Part shown: positions 9,859 to 20,507 of the stretch, one piece after another | Numbering within the stretch: the first letter of the stretch is position 1 | Layout of the letters: every line of letters starts with the position of its first letter | The notes under the pieces: generated by a model | Seen by the model: the letters and a program-made list of their open reading frames with translations, nothing else | The model's database searches: none | Told to the model about the DNA's origin: nothing | IMG/VR virus record: IMGVR_UViG_3300030102_006934 | Span: 62,001 to 126,000 of that record | Strand: one strand, 5' to 3' | DNA length: 64,000 nt | Made by a program: the position numbers and the translations under genes

Positions 9859-10617
9859 ATGAGAAGATTTGATAAATCAAATAATATTAGAAAAGCTAAT
9901 TTATTAGTTGAAGAAAGATACCTCATTTCTAAGGGGTTCTTAAAAGAAGAAGAAGCTACACCATCAAAAAGAAAGATAGTTGTATTAGTTGGTCCACCAT
10001 CAGTTGGTAAATCTACTTGGACTAAAAGTAATTTTCCAAACGCTTATATTATTAATAGAGATGATATAGTTGATAAAGTTGCATCTAAGCATGGTTGGAC
10101 TTATGATGATATGTTTGCCAGCCCACCAGCAGACGCTAAAGTTGGTGAAGAGGATGAGAAGTATGGTAAAGTAGTCGAATCACCAGAATGGATGAGTTGG
10201 GCCGATACTGTGTTTGATAAAGTATTTAAAGCCAATGGCGAAGTTCAAAATATATTCGGACAAAGAGTTAAGGATGCACACCCAAGTGGTCAAGATATCG
10301 TTGTTGATATGACTAACATGAATCCTGGTTCTAGAAAAGGTGCGCTTAAAGCCATTGAAGGTAATGAAGGCGAATATACAACTGTTGCTGTTGATTTTAA
10401 ATTTGCTGGTGCAGAGGAAATCATTAAGAAGATGGCAGCCAAGAGAGCCGAGGCCGCAAAAAGAATGGGTAAATCTAAAACTATTCCACCACAAGCGTTT
10501 GATAGAATGTTTAAATCGTATCAAGCCCCTAGTAAAGCTGAAGGGTTTGATGAAATAATTAATGTTAATAATATTAATAATCTTAAAAAAGCTTTAGCTA
10601 AGGGTGATAAAATATGA
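9859..10617 (+). CDS. P-loop kinase (AAA_33/polynucleotide kinase-like) with MRRFDK leader
   Basis: VLVGPPSVGKST Walker A, INRDDI, IVVDMTN, P...EGFDEI. Confidence 0.75.
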   Translation: MRRFDKSNNIRKANLLVEERYLISKGFLKEEEATPSKRKIVVLVGPPSVGKSTWTKSNFPNAYIINRDDIVDKVASKHGWTYDDMFASPPADAKVGEEDEKYGKVVESPEWMSWADTVFDKVFKANGEVQNIFGQRVKDAHPSGQDIVVDMTNMNPGSRKGALKAIEGNEGEYTTVAVDFKFAGAEEIIKKMAAKRAEAAKRMGKSKTIPPQAFDRMFKSYQAPSKAEGFDEIINVNNINNLKKALAKGDKI

Positions 10618-11444
10618 GAAGATTCGATAAGAAATACAATATGCAAAAGGTTAACTTATTAGCCGAACAAAGATACTTACAATCAAAGAATGTAATTGGT
10701 GAATCATTAATTATTGAGAATTTTATTAACTCTTATAAGCTATTATTAGAATTAAAATTCCATGATAGTCCAGACGAAGATTTACCTGGTGGTAAAAGGA
10801 CTATTATTTTTAATAAGGAAGATGAATATCCTTCACCAGAAGGGAATACTCATGGTTTATTAAGCCACGCTATTAAACATTATTTAGAATTCGAACCAGA
10901 ACGTGTTAAAGGTTTATTAGATAAAGTAGCCAACGAGATTAGACAAGAAGCTGATGAACTATATATGGTTGATAAAAATGGTAATGTTGTATTAGATGGT
11001 GATAGAGCAAAAAAAGAAATTAACCATAATGTTATTTTAAATACATTAGACTCGATTCAAGATAAAGTTAAAAATGGTAAAAATTTACTTGATATTGAGA
11101 AAAGAATTCATAAATATACCGAAGAAATGGCTAAACAATATCAAGAACTAATAAAACAAAAAATGAATTCAGCTGTAGACATTGACACAGACCAAGAAGT
11201 TGCTGATGATGCTATAAGTAATAATAAAAATTTAAAGTTTAAAGGTAGTTATTCTGGTAAAGATTTTGACTATTACCTAGACCCAAAGGATAGTTCATTA
11301 GTAGCTTCAGATGGTGATTCAGTTTCCACCCTTTTTAGAATAGACAAAAAGGGAAATAGGTTAGATAAGATGTCTGGATATTTTAGTAGAGGTACTAAAA
11401 TCTACAATGACAAGTTAAGGTCAGCATTAAATTTATCGGAATAA
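10614..11444 (+). CDS. hypothetical protein with MRRFDK leader
   Basis: Shares ~25 aa N-terminal leader with the upstream kinase. Confidence 0.65.
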   Translation: MRRFDKKYNMQKVNLLAEQRYLQSKNVIGESLIIENFINSYKLLLELKFHDSPDEDLPGGKRTIIFNKEDEYPSPEGNTHGLLSHAIKHYLEFEPERVKGLLDKVANEIRQEADELYMVDKNGNVVLDGDRAKKEINHNVILNTLDSIQDKVKNGKNLLDIEKRIHKYTEEMAKQYQELIKQKMNSAVDIDTDQEVADDAISNNKNLKFKGSYSGKDFDYYLDPKDSSLVASDGDSVSTLFRIDKKGNRLDKMSGYFSRGTKIYNDKLRSALNLSE

Positions 11445-11506
11445 TTGATTTATAATAAAATAAATTTAAACAATAAAATCCCCCTATGTGAGGAGGGATT
11501 TTATTT

Positions 11507-11830
11507 CTAATCTTCAAAGTGTTCAACAATCACATTAAATGCGTAAACACCACCACTGGCTAGTACTCCATCTAAGAATACTATCAAGTATAAGTTTTCA
11601 AGACCATAAATGGTAAAGGGGGTATCCATACCTTGCATTTGTAATAAGTAAGATAACCCAAATCCAACCCAGGTTGGCATACACATCATACATGTAAACA
11701 ATTTGTATAAACTTTTATCACCAGTACCTAACTTAGATAATAAGTTTCTAAATGATTCAAATATAGAACCATATACTAAGATGTTACTAATCCCGTAACA
11801 TGCTATAATAAAAATAAATAATTTAATCAT
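11507..11830 (-). CDS. DUF1360-like membrane protein
   Basis: IFESFR...LFTCMMCMPTWVG motif and TM segments. Confidence 0.65.
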   Translation of the reverse strand: MIKLFIFIIACYGISNILVYGSIFESFRNLLSKLGTGDKSLYKLFTCMMCMPTWVGFGLSYLLQMQGMDTPFTIYGLENLYLIVFLDGVLASGGVYAFNVIVEHFED

Positions 11831-11889
11831 ATTGTTGTTTTTTATACAAAAATAGTATATAATGATGACATTGTCAATATTTATATTAT

Positions 11890-12330
11890 ATGAAATATTT
11901 CATAAGAAAGAGGTTATTAGAAGAGATTGGTCCAGGAGAACCAAGTAAGGCGGCTGGTGTATTAATTAAGTGTATTAAGACAAATAGAGTTTTACTATTA
12001 CTTAGAGCTGAAGGTACACATTCAAACAAGTGGGCTATGGTTAGTGGCGGTATAGATGAAGGTGAAGAAGTTTTAAGTGGCCTTAAAAGAGAGATAGGTG
12101 AAGAGATGCAAATAAACGCTGATAATCCAGACACTAAAATAGATTTTACTTTTAAGAAAAAAATTGTTAATACAATTAAAAATTCAGAGTTTTATTATTA
12201 CGAAGGATTTACTAATTCAGAATTTATACCTAAATTAGACCATGAGAACCATGATTACATTTGGTGTAGCAAAGAACAACTACCATCACCATTATATCCT
12301 GGCTTAAGCACTAAGATACAAAATATATGA
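11890..12330 (+). CDS. Nudix hydrolase with KYFIRKRLLEE leader
   Basis: Nudix box GGIDEGEEVLSGLKREIGEE. Confidence 0.85.
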   Translation: MKYFIRKRLLEEIGPGEPSKAAGVLIKCIKTNRVLLLLRAEGTHSNKWAMVSGGIDEGEEVLSGLKREIGEEMQINADNPDTKIDFTFKKKIVNTIKNSEFYYYEGFTNSEFIPKLDHENHDYIWCSKEQLPSPLYPGLSTKIQNI

Positions 12331-12644
12331 GTAAGAAAAATTTAGAAGGTAAGATATCGTTAGAAGAGGTTCTACACAAATTCAACAAACAAAACGAAAA
12401 GTTTAAGAAAAATTTAGAAAAAGAAGAAGCATACGAAGATAGTATAGAAACTATGGACTCTATATTTAACGATATTAAAGCTACCAAAGAAAATACAACT
12501 AGAAATAAACTTAAATTTATTGACGAAGTTAAATCTGGACTTGGTGATAAGGTTAAAAAAAACCCAAACAAAATAAAAGTAATAAAGAAAAATTGGTATC
12601 AAAAGATATCAGAAACTATAAAAAATATTTTTACTAAGTTTTAA
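12327..12644 (+). CDS. hypothetical protein
   Basis: ORF, ATGA overlap. Confidence 0.55.
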   Translation: MSKKNLEGKISLEEVLHKFNKQNEKFKKNLEKEEAYEDSIETMDSIFNDIKATKENTTRNKLKFIDEVKSGLGDKVKKNPNKIKVIKKNWYQKISETIKNIFTKF

Positions 12645-12645
12645 T

Positions 12646-12876
12646 ATGAATTACGAGGAGCTAATAGAAACTATTTCAGAAGTTATAAACAATAAAAAAA
12701 TATATAAAGAAGGTTTAACACTACTTTATGAACTAGATGAAGAAAATCACGCCAAAATGGATGAGCACCTATTCTATAAATCAAAACCAGAGGGTAATTT
12801 TGAACATAGAGATATAATTGAACTTGAAATAGATGGTGTTATTATTAAATTTATTAAAAAAAGTTTGGAATATTAA
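12646..12876 (+). CDS. hypothetical protein
   Basis: ORF. Confidence 0.55.
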   Translation: MNYEELIETISEVINNKKIYKEGLTLLYELDEENHAKMDEHLFYKSKPEGNFEHRDIIELEIDGVIIKFIKKSLEY

Positions 12877-12918
12877 AATCTTTTTTTTACATTTGTATCG
12901 AACGTTAAAAATAATCAC

Positions 12919-13428
12919 ATGAAAATTAATGTAAAAAGGGATATGAAATTAACAATACTAACCGCAATATTATTTAGTTTATTAGTAACTTCTTGTAAGA
13001 AAGAAGACTATATACCATATGAGCTTGTGGAAGAAAATAATCAAGATACAACACAATGGCAGAGTTCTTATTCTGACGGTGGGACAATAACCAATGGTAC
13101 ATATACTAATGACTTATTAGGTACTAAATGGGTTTTAACTAAATACGTCTCTGCTTTCGCTACAGAATACCCAAATGATACTATAGAATTTATTAGTGTT
13201 AACACATACGAATTAAATGGTTCTGGTGACAGGACGTATAATTTATCAAATATACCATCATCAACTAACTACGATTTAACATTAAATTATTTTTCACCCT
13301 TTGGTGGTAGTCACTACTCTGGAAATGTAGGTTATTACTTCGTTGACGATGGTGAGATAAATAACGTTGAGTTCACTAATATACAAAATACAAGCATGAC
13401 AATTAGAGCTTGGTTTGAAAAAATTTAA
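12919..13428 (+). CDS. lipoprotein (lipocalin-like Bacteroidota type)
   Basis: Lipobox LVTS-C followed by KKED; LLGTKW motif. Confidence 0.65.
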   Translation: MKINVKRDMKLTILTAILFSLLVTSCKKEDYIPYELVEENNQDTTQWQSSYSDGGTITNGTYTNDLLGTKWVLTKYVSAFATEYPNDTIEFISVNTYELNGSGDRTYNLSNIPSSTNYDLTLNYFSPFGGSHYSGNVGYYFVDDGEINNVEFTNIQNTSMTIRAWFEKI

Positions 13429-13493
13429 AAAAAAACTTGACAATTAAAATAATCGTATTATATTTGTTTCGAATTTAAACTATAACTATTATT

Positions 13494-14948
13494 ATGAGTA
13501 AATTAATTGATACTTTATTAACTAAAGATTCTCTAACAGAGAACGGTATGTCCACAAATTCTACAGCACTAAATTCATGCGTAGATTTATTTTTCAAAAT
13601 TGGTGCATTAAGAGGCGCTGAAAAAAACATAAAAATTAGTTCATTCACTAAAGCTTTTGGTGAAGACCCATTAACGGCCATGAAGATTCTTTTTTGGGCA
13701 AGAGACGTAAGGGGTGGTGCTGGAGAGCGAAAAACTTTTAGAGAGATATTAAGGTATTTAGTTAAAAACAAAACTGAAGTTGTTAAAAACAACATGGCTT
13801 TAATTCCTGAATACGGTAGATGGGACGACATGTTATATCTAATTGGAACTAAATTAGAGAAAGAAGCCCTAGGTGAAATCGCGTGTGCCTTAGAAGGTAA
13901 AAATGGTCTTTGCGCCAAGTGGATGCCTAGAGGCAACACTAAAAACAGGGAAAAGAAAAGATGGGCTTCGGTCATCAGAAAATATTTAGGATTAACTCCT
14001 AAATCTTACAGAAAATTATTATCTGAATTATCTAATACTGTTGAACAGTTAATGTGTTCTAAAAAATTCAAAGACATTAACTATTCTCACGTACCATCAA
14101 AGGCTATGTCTGATTATATGAGAGCTTTTGAAAGGAACGATAGTGAGGGTTTTAATAAATACTTAGATTCACTTAAAAATGGGGATACTAAAATTAACTC
14201 TGGGGCTATATACCCATATGATGTAACTAAGAACTTACAACATGGTTCTTCAGTAGGTGCAGTTGAGCAATGGAAATCATTACCAAACTATATGGAGGGT
14301 TCTAAAGAAAGAGTTTTACCAGTTGTTGATGTTTCTGGTTCTATGACTGTTCCAGCTGGTAATAACCCAAACCTATCTTGCTTAGATGTTTCGGTTTCTC
14401 TAGGTTTATATATTTCAGAAAGAAATGAAGGACCTTTTAAAGACGCCTTTTTTACTTTCTCAAATTCGCCACAGCTACAATATTTGAAGGGGGACCTTTC
14501 AGATAGGTTCACACAATTAAGTATGGCTGAATGGGGTGGGTCAACGAATATTGAAGCTACATTTAAAACTCTTTTAGATGTATCGGTAAATAACAATGTT
14601 AGTGCTGAAGAAATGCCTACAATGATATTAATACTCTCAGATATGGAATTCAATCAAGCCACCAGTATGGGTTGGAGCCAAGCTGAATCAGGCTGGAACC
14701 CAACGGTACAAGAAATGATTGAAAAAATGTATGATAATGCTGGTTACAAAATGCCAAAGATTGTATATTGGAACATTCAATCAAGACGGGACAATGTGCC
14801 AGTTAAATTTGATAAACAAGGTACCGCATTAGTTAGTGGGTTTAGCCCCGCATTACTAACCGCTTTATTATCTGGAAATGAAATCACACCATACAGTATT
14901 ATGAGTGATGTTATTAATTCAGAAAGATATGATAAAATAAAAATATAA
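13494..14948 (+). CDS. TROVE-like/vWA domain protein (DUF2828 family, Ro60-related)
   Basis: TENG, ARDVRGGAGER, YGRWDD, AKWMPR motifs; MIDAS DVSGS; ILSDMEF; YWN. Confidence 0.8.
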   Translation: MSKLIDTLLTKDSLTENGMSTNSTALNSCVDLFFKIGALRGAEKNIKISSFTKAFGEDPLTAMKILFWARDVRGGAGERKTFREILRYLVKNKTEVVKNNMALIPEYGRWDDMLYLIGTKLEKEALGEIACALEGKNGLCAKWMPRGNTKNREKKRWASVIRKYLGLTPKSYRKLLSELSNTVEQLMCSKKFKDINYSHVPSKAMSDYMRAFERNDSEGFNKYLDSLKNGDTKINSGAIYPYDVTKNLQHGSSVGAVEQWKSLPNYMEGSKERVLPVVDVSGSMTVPAGNNPNLSCLDVSVSLGLYISERNEGPFKDAFFTFSNSPQLQYLKGDLSDRFTQLSMAEWGGSTNIEATFKTLLDVSVNNNVSAEEMPTMILILSDMEFNQATSMGWSQAESGWNPTVQEMIEKMYDNAGYKMPKIVYWNIQSRRDNVPVKFDKQGTALVSGFSPALLTALLSGNEITPYSIMSDVINSERYDKIKI

Positions 14949-14950
14949 TT

Positions 14951-15088
14951 TAAAGAATGCATTCAGCAAACTCTTACTTAAACACAAATAGAGAAGAGAG
15001 GTTTAGTTGTTTCCTAGGTTTTTAAAACCACGATAAAAAAAATGACACCTTCACTACTGGGCTAGAAGTAAAAGCCCAAGCATTCTGA
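14951..15088 (+). ncRNA. putative structured RNA, TAAAGA-N4-TTCAGC family, copy 1
   Basis: AGAATGC (14954) pairs with GCATTCT (15080); internal hairpins; followed by terminator. Confidence 0.55.
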
Positions 15089-15094
15089 TTTATT

Positions 15095-15131
15095 AAGGGG
15101 ATTTGTAATTTTTTTTACAAATCCCTTTTTT
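15095..15131 (+). terminator. intrinsic terminator
   Basis: GGGATTTGTAA...TTACAAATCCC + T run. Confidence 0.75.
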
Positions 15132-15193
15132 AATATTTACACTTTCAGAAAAAATAAGTATCTTTAAAATATAAAAAAAAATAAACATTTGAT

Positions 15194-15427
15194 ATGAAAA
15201 TTTTAATAAAATATATTAAAGAAGACCACTCGGAGTCAATAGTTTATCTGGTTGACCACAACGACAACCCAATCAAGGCAGATATCGTAAATAAAGATGA
15301 ACAAAAGATATTAGTAAACGAATTACTATCCGAATATTTTACACCAGAAGATTGGGTAAATAATAAAAAAGATTTAACATCAAACGTGAGTGAGATAACT
15401 TATGATGAATATTTAAATCAAGAATGA
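15194..15427 (+). CDS. hypothetical protein
   Basis: ORF. Confidence 0.55.
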   Translation: MKILIKYIKEDHSESIVYLVDHNDNPIKADIVNKDEQKILVNELLSEYFTPEDWVNNKKDLTSNVSEITYDEYLNQE

Positions 15428-15813
15428 ACTTTATAACACAACACCCGATTAAAAAATCAGACTTAGGTTTTCATGGTAACCTATTTGGCGGTAAGTTACT
15501 AGCCTGGTTAGATGCAGCCGCAGCATCATTTGCTTGTGAGTTTTGTGACACACCAAGAATGGTTACTAAATCTATAGATAAATGCGTATTTAATAGACCA
15601 GCCAGAGAAGGCCAACTATTAAAAATATATGGTAAAGTTGAAAAGATAGGTACAACTAGTGTAGATTTAAAACTTGAAGCTAGAAGTCATAATGTTTACA
15701 ATGGTAAACAAAACATTATATTAGGGACAAATATAACTTTTGTTAGGGTTGATGAACAGGGAGATGCAATACCTATATCAGAAAGAGTTAAGAATAAAAT
15801 TAAAAAAAAGTAA
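15424..15813 (+). CDS. acyl-CoA thioesterase (hotdog fold, YciA-like)
   Basis: DLGFHGNLFGGKLLAWLD...VGTTS-like segment...ITFVRVD. Confidence 0.85.
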   Translation: MNFITQHPIKKSDLGFHGNLFGGKLLAWLDAAAASFACEFCDTPRMVTKSIDKCVFNRPAREGQLLKIYGKVEKIGTTSVDLKLEARSHNVYNGKQNIILGTNITFVRVDEQGDAIPISERVKNKIKKK

Positions 15814-15816
15814 ATT

Positions 15817-16137
15817 ATGGAAAAAGGATACCCACTATTAATTGTTTTTTATTTGGATAGAGAAATGATGACTAATCCAGATATTGTACAACCGTTTGCC
15901 AATTCGGTTAATGACGCATTAGCTCAAAGGGAAGCAAATGCAATGGCTTTCTTTCTACCAACTGATGGTGAGGAAAGAATTGAATGTATAAACCCAATAC
16001 AGGTTACTAAAACAAATATGAAGAAAATAAATAAATTAGTTGAAGACCTCACAAATAACTTTGACATCGGAAAGGGTGCGGACAAAGGCAAGAGCGACCC
16101 ATCTAATGATATTGAAATTAAAAATGATGGAAAGTAA
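15817..16137 (+). CDS. hypothetical protein
   Basis: ORF. Confidence 0.55.
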   Translation: MEKGYPLLIVFYLDREMMTNPDIVQPFANSVNDALAQREANAMAFFLPTDGEERIECINPIQVTKTNMKKINKLVEDLTNNFDIGKGADKGKSDPSNDIEIKNDGK

Positions 16138-16294
16138 TAGTAGAGAGTGCGAATTACTATCGTTACTGTATAGGTCTGAAGAACTGTTATTGGAAATAAT
16201 GGACGGATGTAAAGACAATCAGGATTATATGTACCTATCTATAATAATAAAAAATTTGGAAGACAAAATAAGTCAGCAACAAGATTTGATATGA
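16124..16294 (+). CDS. small hypothetical protein
   Basis: Downstream ATG of ORF 16040..16294. Confidence 0.4.
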   Translation: MMESNSRECELLSLLYRSEELLLEIMDGCKDNQDYMYLSIIIKNLEDKISQQQDLI

Positions 16295-16400
16295 TAAATA
16301 AAAATAAATTAACAACACAGTTTTCAAAGAAAGATACGGTTAAAAGGCTTATCAAACAACGTAGATTAAGTTTTAATAAATTAAAATTAAGGGGTTAATA

Positions 16401-17069
16401 TTAAGGTCTAGTGGATGTTCTTCTAATTTTAAGTATGTCCCAGCCAGTATTCTCTTTTATTATATCATACATTTTACCAGTCATAACTTTACTAGCTGTA
16501 CCCATAAAAACCAAGCCATTTATTTTAGCTTTGGTTACTGATTTATTCAATTCATGATGTAATCTTTGAGCATCTTTTTTACACTTACAAATAACCATAT
16601 CAAACTGTTTTTCATTATAAATAATTAATTTATTATGAACTACAATTATCTGTTTTGAATGATTAATTTCGGTTATATTTTTAAATAAACTATTTATTAT
16701 TTCATGTATTGTTACTCTATCGTTTTTGGGGTCCCTACCATATAACCAAAACGTTTCTTCTAATTCATAATGCTGGTCATCTATTACAGTCCATATACCA
16801 AAAAGAGGTTTTTCGCTATAAGTCCTACCCATAGAATCCCTTCTAGTTCTAAATTTATCCCCATCTTCAGTATCTTTAACTATGTATAGTCTATACTTAA
16901 CTGGCTTTATACCATCATAATTTATAAATTTCTTGGGGAACATAACAGATTTATTATCATCAATAATTTTGTGATAATTAATGAAAGAAGCTTCAATAGT
17001 TTTACATCTGTGTAGGGTCATTTTATAATCCCCGTTTTTTGTAAGTATTACCCTGTACATATTCAACAA
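16401..17069 (-). CDS. hypothetical protein
   Basis: 222 aa ORF with TAnnTTTG upstream. Confidence 0.65.
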   Translation of the reverse strand: MLNMYRVILTKNGDYKMTLHRCKTIEASFINYHKIIDDNKSVMFPKKFINYDGIKPVKYRLYIVKDTEDGDKFRTRRDSMGRTYSEKPLFGIWTVIDDQHYELEETFWLYGRDPKNDRVTIHEIINSLFKNITEINHSKQIIVVHNKLIIYNEKQFDMVICKCKKDAQRLHHELNKSVTKAKINGLVFMGTASKVMTGKMYDIIKENTGWDILKIRRTSTRP

Positions 17070-17099
17070 ATTTACTTATATTAATACAAAAATAAATAG

Positions 17100-18155
17100 A
17101 TGCCCAAAAAAGATTACTATAAAATACTAGGTGTTAACAGAGATTCTGATGCCAAAACAATTAAAAAGGCATATAGAAAGTTATCTAAAAAATACCATCC
17201 AGATGTAAATCCAGATAACAAAGAAGCTGAGGAAAAATTTAAAGACGTTGCTTCAGCATATGAGGTCCTTTCTGATAAAACTAAAAAGAGTAATTATGAT
17301 ACCTTTGGTGATGAGAATGGGCGACCCAATAACTCATTTAATGATACAAACATGTCTGATATATTTAGTCAGTTTGGTTTTGGTGGGAGAGCAAATCCAT
17401 TTACAAGACAAAGACAAACTAGGGGTAATGATTTGGCTTTAAATATAAAAATAAGTCTTGAGGATGTTCATAACGGACTGACTAAAAAATTCAAATATAG
17501 GAGGAACGCAAAGTGTGAACCATGTGACGGTGAAGGTGGAACAGAAAAATCAACTTGTCCAAATTGTAATGGTACTGGGTATCAAACATTCCAACAAAAA
17601 ACCCCAATGGGTATTATGAGACAAATGGTTGATTGTAGTACGTGCGAATCAACTGGTGAGGTAAATAAAAAAATGTGTAACTCATGTTCTGGAAATGGAG
17701 TTAAAAATAAAGAAGAATATATAGAGGTTAAAATACCAAAAGGTGTTACAGATAATGATATTATATCATATAATGGTATGGGTCATTCTATAAAGGGTGG
17801 TTCTTCGGGTAGACTAATAGTTAAATTATTAATCACAAAAAATGAGCACTTTACTAGAAATGGTGATGATTTAAAATATAATTTAAAATTAAAATACCCA
17901 CAATTGGTTTTAGGTGATAAGGTAGAAATACCAACAATAGACGGAACTAAAATAAGAGTTAAAATACCAAAGTTAAGTAATATTGGTGATAACTTAAGAA
18001 TCGTTGGTAAAGGATTAAATAGCAAAAAGGGTGATAATGTAGTTGGTGACATGTTAATAAATTTAGATATTGAAATGCCTAAAAAACTAGAAGAAGGTGA
18101 AGAAGAACTAATAGATAAATTAAAAATAATTAATGAAAGAGTTGCTAAAGAATAA
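17100..18155 (+). CDS. dnaJ: molecular chaperone DnaJ
   Basis: J domain with HPD, G/F region, four CxxCxGxG-type repeats, C-terminal domain. Confidence 0.95.
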   Translation: MPKKDYYKILGVNRDSDAKTIKKAYRKLSKKYHPDVNPDNKEAEEKFKDVASAYEVLSDKTKKSNYDTFGDENGRPNNSFNDTNMSDIFSQFGFGGRANPFTRQRQTRGNDLALNIKISLEDVHNGLTKKFKYRRNAKCEPCDGEGGTEKSTCPNCNGTGYQTFQQKTPMGIMRQMVDCSTCESTGEVNKKMCNSCSGNGVKNKEEYIEVKIPKGVTDNDIISYNGMGHSIKGGSSGRLIVKLLITKNEHFTRNGDDLKYNLKLKYPQLVLGDKVEIPTIDGTKIRVKIPKLSNIGDNLRIVGKGLNSKKGDNVVGDMLINLDIEMPKKLEEGEEELIDKLKIINERVAKE

Positions 18156-18189
18156 AATGAATGATATATTTGATGGAAATATTAACTAT

Positions 18190-18402
18190 ATGAGTGAAAA
18201 TTCAGGTAAAGGTGGGGGATTAGGTTTAAGCACTATGGTGTTTATAGTATTCCTAATACTTAAATTATGTAAAGTAGGTATGGTTGCCAACTGGTCATGG
18301 TTGTGGGTAACATCCCCATTATGGATACCAATAATTGTTATGTTTGGTATAATAGTTATGGTACTGATACTTAGCTTTATAGTTAAAATTTTTGATTATT
18401 AA
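18190..18402 (+). CDS. small membrane protein (LKL...WSWxWVTSPLWI family)
   Basis: Paralog of 30933..31145. Confidence 0.65.
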   Translation: MSENSGKGGGLGLSTMVFIVFLILKLCKVGMVANWSWLWVTSPLWIPIIVMFGIIVMVLILSFIVKIFDY

Positions 18403-18433
18403 ATAATATTATATTAACAATTAAATTAAATTT

Positions 18434-18853
18434 ATGGCAAAGTACGAAGAACCATTTAAAGACACACAAGAAATTTTTGATGAAGTGATTAGAAATTCAG
18501 GCTTGGACAGGTATATCAACATTAAATTATTGGTAGATAATAAGCAAAAGAAAAAAGTTGCAAAACCATATAAGTCACCAAACTTATTAAAACATGAAAC
18601 AAAAAATGATGTTTACATTATAATAAATGAATTGATTTTTGAACAACTAGAAACCTGGCAAAAATTAATGGTCGCTGAGGAAGCTATAGCTGGAATTAGT
18701 TTTGATACGGAAAAGGATAAACTAGAAATAAAAACTGGTGACATCTCAACTTTTTCAGGGCTATTAAAGAAGTATGGCTATGAAAGGTACGAAGTAGTTG
18801 AAGAGTCTGTCAAGACACTATATAATGTCGAAAGAGAAACAGCAGAGGTGTAA
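18434..18853 (+). CDS. hypothetical protein (possibly degenerate phage metallopeptidase-like)
   Basis: ORF; no intact HExxH. Confidence 0.45.
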   Translation: MAKYEEPFKDTQEIFDEVIRNSGLDRYINIKLLVDNKQKKKVAKPYKSPNLLKHETKNDVYIIINELIFEQLETWQKLMVAEEAIAGISFDTEKDKLEIKTGDISTFSGLLKKYGYERYEVVEESVKTLYNVERETAEV

Positions 18854-19107
18854 TGACTAGAGAAGAAATTGCAGAATATAATGAAGAGGCGCTAATATGT
18901 GATGGCTTTGATGAAGCCATCATTGGTGTCGCTGAGAGAATAAATTTAGGTCCAGTAGCCGCATATAGCGTTGAAAAAATAATAGAAATACTAATGGAAA
19001 GAGACGGTATGACATATGAAGATGCTCACGAGCACTTTTCTTATAATATTATTGGGTCATGGATGGGCGAATACACACCCGTCTTTATTTACACAAATGA
19101 AGAATAA
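18853..19107 (+). CDS. conserved phage hypothetical protein
   Basis: DGFDEAIIG...YS..KII..LM..DGMT.E.A.E.F.YNI.G.WMGE.TP motif common in phages. Confidence 0.7.
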   Translation: MTREEIAEYNEEALICDGFDEAIIGVAERINLGPVAAYSVEKIIEILMERDGMTYEDAHEHFSYNIIGSWMGEYTPVFIYTNEE

Positions 19108-19109
19108 AT

Positions 19110-19331
19110 ATGAAAGAACAATTGTACAAATTATTAAGTAGTAAGGCATTATCAGAAAAAGAAGAAGCCTTAACCACATTGAAATTATTATCAGAATATC
19201 CAGCTGGTATTGGTGACCACTCTACTGGTGACTTTTATAATAATGCTGAAGAGGCTCTACAAAAATTAGTTGATGCTGATGATAAGTTAGAAACACTAGA
19301 TAAATATAAAGATATTTTATTTAAAATTTAA
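19110..19331 (+). CDS. conserved phage hypothetical protein
   Basis: PAGIGDHS motif. Confidence 0.6.
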   Translation: MKEQLYKLLSSKALSEKEEALTTLKLLSEYPAGIGDHSTGDFYNNAEEALQKLVDADDKLETLDKYKDILFKI

Positions 19332-19335
19332 GATT

Positions 19336-20034
19336 ATGTTAGACTTTTATAGTGAATTTAAAAAATATGCTAAATTACATATGGGTGTTGATGAAATGAA
19401 ATTTCGTGACTGGGAGAACCTACAATCAAATATGTATAATAATGTTCAAGTGGGTGGGTCATTAACACCTTACATATTGGAAGAAAGGGAAATGAGAGTA
19501 ACTCAGATGGACATCTTTTCAAGACTAATGATGGATAGAATATTATGGGTGGCTGGCCCAGTAAACGACCAAATGAGCACTGTACTTCAAGCTCAATTAA
19601 TGTTTTTAGATAACGTTGAGGAAAGAGACATTACGATGCATGTCGACTCACCAGGGGGGTCAGTTAAATCTGGATTAAGCATGGTAGATGTTATGAATTA
19701 TGTTAAATCAGATATTGTAACCATAAATACTGGTATGGCGGCCTCCATGGGCTCAATATTGCTTGGTAACGGAACTAAAGGTAAAAGATTTTCACTGCCA
19801 AACTCAAAAGTTATGCTACACCAAGTTTCCGCTGGGGCACAAGGCCATGTTGAAGACATGAAAATTAGTATTGCGGAGGCTGACAAATATAATGATAAAC
19901 TATTTGGCATGTTAGCTAGTTTTTGTGGTAAAACAAAGAAAAGAGTATTAGCTGATTGCAATAGAGATAATTGGCTTGATGCGAAAGAAGCTTTAGACTA
20001 TGGCATCATTGATGGTATAGTTGAAAATAAATAA
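19336..20034 (+). CDS. clpP: ATP-dependent Clp protease proteolytic subunit
   Basis: DIFSRLMMDRI, DSPGGSV, GMAASMG (catalytic Ser), MLHQ, RDNW. Confidence 0.95.
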   Translation: MLDFYSEFKKYAKLHMGVDEMKFRDWENLQSNMYNNVQVGGSLTPYILEEREMRVTQMDIFSRLMMDRILWVAGPVNDQMSTVLQAQLMFLDNVEERDITMHVDSPGGSVKSGLSMVDVMNYVKSDIVTINTGMAASMGSILLGNGTKGKRFSLPNSKVMLHQVSAGAQGHVEDMKISIAEADKYNDKLFGMLASFCGKTKKRVLADCNRDNWLDAKEALDYGIIDGIVENK

Positions 20035-20036
20035 AG

Positions 20037-20507
20037 TAAAATCGGGTTGTTACTAATAACAAATGAATATAAAATTAAATTAATATGGAAACAATAATTT
20101 TAGTAACAGTCTTATCAACACTAGGTGTAGTTGCAATGCTTACGGCAATTGTGGTTATGGCTTTTAAGTTGAGAAATAAGGTTGATGTTAATAGTTTCGA
20201 AGAAGAAGTAAAAACTATTTATAATGAATCAAATATAAGATTCTCTGAATTAGAATCAAGACTCGATGATGAAATTCAACACATACATCGAGAACTTAAT
20301 AATAATGTTGAAGAAGCGCATAGGCGTATAAATAATGAAAGTGAAGAAATTAGGAGACTAATTGATTCAAGGCTTGATAAATTAGACTCTAAATTTGTTG
20401 GCGGTATTAACCAATTACAGAATGAGTTAAACTTTAATCTAGCTAAAAATAAAATGGGTGAGGATATACTCACACCTATAGACTAATAAAACAACAACCC
20501 GATTTTA
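20037..20507. repeat. perfect 15-bp inverted repeat bracketing one gene
   Basis: TAAAATCGGGTTGTT (20037-20051) / AACAACCCGATTTTA (20493-20507). Confidence 0.85.
20085..20486 (+). CDS. TM-anchored coiled-coil protein
   Basis: N-terminal TM; IDSRLDKL motif. Confidence 0.65.
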   Translation: METIILVTVLSTLGVVAMLTAIVVMAFKLRNKVDVNSFEEEVKTIYNESNIRFSELESRLDDEIQHIHRELNNNVEEAHRRINNESEEIRRLIDSRLDKLDSKFVGGINQLQNELNFNLAKNKMGEDILTPID

